The translations under genes were made by a program, and so were the position numbers. A model generated the notes under the pieces. It was given only the letters and a program-made list of their open reading frames with translations, ran no database searches and was not told the origin of the DNA. A stretch of 63,847 nucleotides of DNA, counting the filler, from Octopus bimaculoides (taxonomy: Eukaryota), in assembly GCF_001194135.2 (NCBI RefSeq). It is 7 parts of 7 records of this genome, joined end to end, with 100 filler letters (N's around TTAATTAATTAA, not from the genome) between each part and the next. Parts side by side here need not be neighbours in the genome. Positions count along the whole stretch, not along the records: positions 59,897 to 62,685 come from NC_068985.1; positions 62,786 to 63,847 come from NW_026414993.1; 5 more parts are not named here. One strand, given 5' to 3'. Positions 61,621 to 63,847 of this stretch are shown here, one piece after another; the stretch's first letter is position 1; each line of letters begins with the position of its first letter.

Positions 61621-61836
61621 TACGTGGAGATGCTGAAAAGTTCCTGGCTTTAAGGGTCTTACGAAAGGCCTGGTTGGAGGCCCAACCTTCCAATTTCTTT
61701 TACAGAGCTTAGAAAAACTGAAAGACCGCAATGAGTGCGTGAATCTGAGAGGGGAATATGTTGAATAAAATCATAATTAATTGATCCTCCCGTATTTTCT
61801 TTTGCCTAAAGCCAGGAATTTTTCAGTACCCTTGTA
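61621..61836 (+). mobile_element. Mariner-derived MITE with TA TSD and the transposase C-terminus
   Basis: TIRs ...CTGAAAAGTTCCTGGCTTTA / TAAAGCCAGGAATTTTTCAG...; internal KLKDRNECVNLRGEYVE*. Confidence 0.85.
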
Positions 61837-62189
61837 TGTGTGTATATATATATATATNNNNNNNNNNNNNNNNNNNNNNNNNNNNNNNNNNNNNNNNNNN
61901 NNNNNNNNNNNNNNNNNNNNNNNNNNNNNNNNNNNNNNNNNNNNNNNNNNNNNNNNNNNNNNNNNNNNNNNNNNNNNNNNNNNNNNNNNNNNNNNNNNNN
62001 NNNNNNNNNNNNNNNNNNNNNNNNNNNNNNNNNNNNNNNNNNNNNNNNNNNNNNNNNNNNNNNNNNNNNNNNNNNNNNNNNNNNNNNNNNNNNNNNNNNN
62101 NNNNNNNNNNNNNNNNNNNNNNNNNNNNNNNNNNNNNNNNNNNNNNNNNNNNNNNNNNNNNNNNNNNNNNNNNNNNNNNNNNNNNNNNN

Positions 62190-62240
<51 letters not shown>

Positions 62241-62422
62241 GACACAACGAGTAACAGATTCATTCTATGATGGCTATATCCAAACAGAGGTTAAATGAAA
62301 TGACATTCAATATCGATATTTCACACTATCAAAAATTGGAACAGACTAATCAAATTAATGATGTTTATTTCAACAGTTTTCAAAAGCTTCCTTCTGCAAA
62401 CTCGCACACACACAAACATTCA

Positions 62423-62459
<37 letters not shown>

Positions 62460-62592
62460 TTGATATTACGTCAATATATGCATTACCAGTATGTCATGCC
62501 AAACGGTGGTTTAGCTTGTTTTATCTATATGGACTTTATATATTTAAATGTTCGAATGTTTATGTAAGGCATGTGTGTGTGTGTCTATCTAC

Positions 62593-62627
<35 letters not shown>

Positions 62628-62649
62628 GTGTGTGTGTATATATACATGT

Positions 62650-62685
<36 letters not shown>

Positions 62686-62879
62686 NNNNNNNNNNNNNNN
62701 NNNNNNNNNNNNNNNNNNNNNNNNNNNNNTTAATTAATTAANNNNNNNNNNNNNNNNNNNNNNNNNNNNNNNNNNNNNNNNNNNNTAGAACACGGTTTCA
62801 AACCCAGCTCGTGGAAGAGGGACATAACATTTTTTTTGCTTTGCGGCGGTCGTATCAAAAAATATATATATATATATAT

Positions 62880-63040
62880 ATGACGGGCTTCTTTCAGTTT
62901 CCATCTACCAAATCCACTTACAAGGTTTTGGTCAGTCCAAGGCTATAGTAGAAGACACTTGCGCAAGGTGCCATGCAGTGGGACTGAACCCAGAACCATG
63001 TGGTTGGTAAGCAAGCTACTTACCACACAGCCACACCTGT
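62880..63040 (-). mobile_element. SINE family B head; another copy starts at 63805 and runs off the window end
   Basis: Family B consensus. Confidence 0.88.
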
Positions 63041-63209
63041 AGATTTCTTTTTAAAAAACAAATCTAGAGATATTTGCTTAGAGGAAGCTTTTTTTGCTCT
63101 CTATAAATTTCTCAGTGACACACAGAAGCATTTGTTATGGTTGTAGAAACTTTTGCACTTAATTCAAAATTTGGATCTTGTTCTTGAAAATTTTCAGCTC
63201 AACATTTCA

Positions 63210-63805
63210 GACACAGACATACACACACATGCACATATATGCATGTGCATGCACACACACACACACACAAACACATATGCACGTGCATGCACACATATGC
63301 ACTGCATACACACATATGCACATGCATGCACACACACAAACACACACACATAAACAGGTGCACATACACACAAACACAAAGACACATATACACACACAGA
63401 CATAGATGCGCATGCACACATGCACACACAAACACACACAGACACAGACATGCAAACACACACAGACATGCACACACACATATACACACACATGCAAGCA
63501 TGCACACACACGACCCCCACACACATACATGTGTGTACGCACACACACAAACACATGCATGTACGCACAAACGCCCATACACACATGCATGCATATACAC
63601 ATACACCTGCACACGCAAACAAACACTGTGTGTGTTCATATGTCTGTGTGTGCATGCATGTGTGTGTGTACACACATGCATGCACACACAGGCACACACA
63701 AACACACACAGACATATAAACACACACATACACACACACATATGCACTCATGCATGCATGCACACACTCACACAGACATACACACAGAAACACACACACA
63801 TATAT
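63210..63805. repeat. Degenerate (CA)n/(CATG)n low-complexity tract
   Basis: Read directly from the sequence; source of the HT/CV-rich ORFs. Confidence 0.95.
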
Positions 63806-63847
63806 ACAACGGGCTTCTTTCAGTTTTCCGTCTACCAAATCCACTCA

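Overview
Repeat-rich, gap-rich eukaryotic genomic DNA, most likely an Octopus draft assembly (inferred from the SINE families and microsatellite composition). No prokaryotic features, CRISPR array, rRNA or tRNA genes were found. Contents: (1) 1-5951, a CpG-dense (ACGA)n/(ACGT)n satellite. (2) A six-exon host gene on the minus strand (56430 to 47835, 214 aa) that the ORF track shows only in part; it resembles NOL7 (Bud21/Utp16-like U3 snoRNP factor). (3) One clear exon of an SLC22/organic-cation-type MFS transporter on the plus strand (23567-23639). (4) Mobile-element relics: three Dong/R4-type LINE pieces, a CRE-like LINE, RTE pieces, two Ty3/Gypsy pieces, a Helitron PIF1 helicase relic, Helentron/HINE-like ends, Penelope elements, a hAT-like transposase, mariner and Charlie MITEs, and about 30 copies of four SINE or SINE-like families. 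The most notable unannotated signals are two well-formed minimal type-I hammerhead ribozyme folds on the minus strand (38209-38328 and 21696-21757), associated with Penelope-like ends; the second is overlapped by an 18-bp palindrome that could mask it. Also noted are two foldback hairpins, a 38-bp minisatellite forming a 76-bp dimer, and a recurrent SINE head-to-tail junction. Six 100-nt gaps contain an artificial TTAATTAATTAA linker. All calls come from reading the sequence by eye; no searches were run, and repeat boundaries are approximate.
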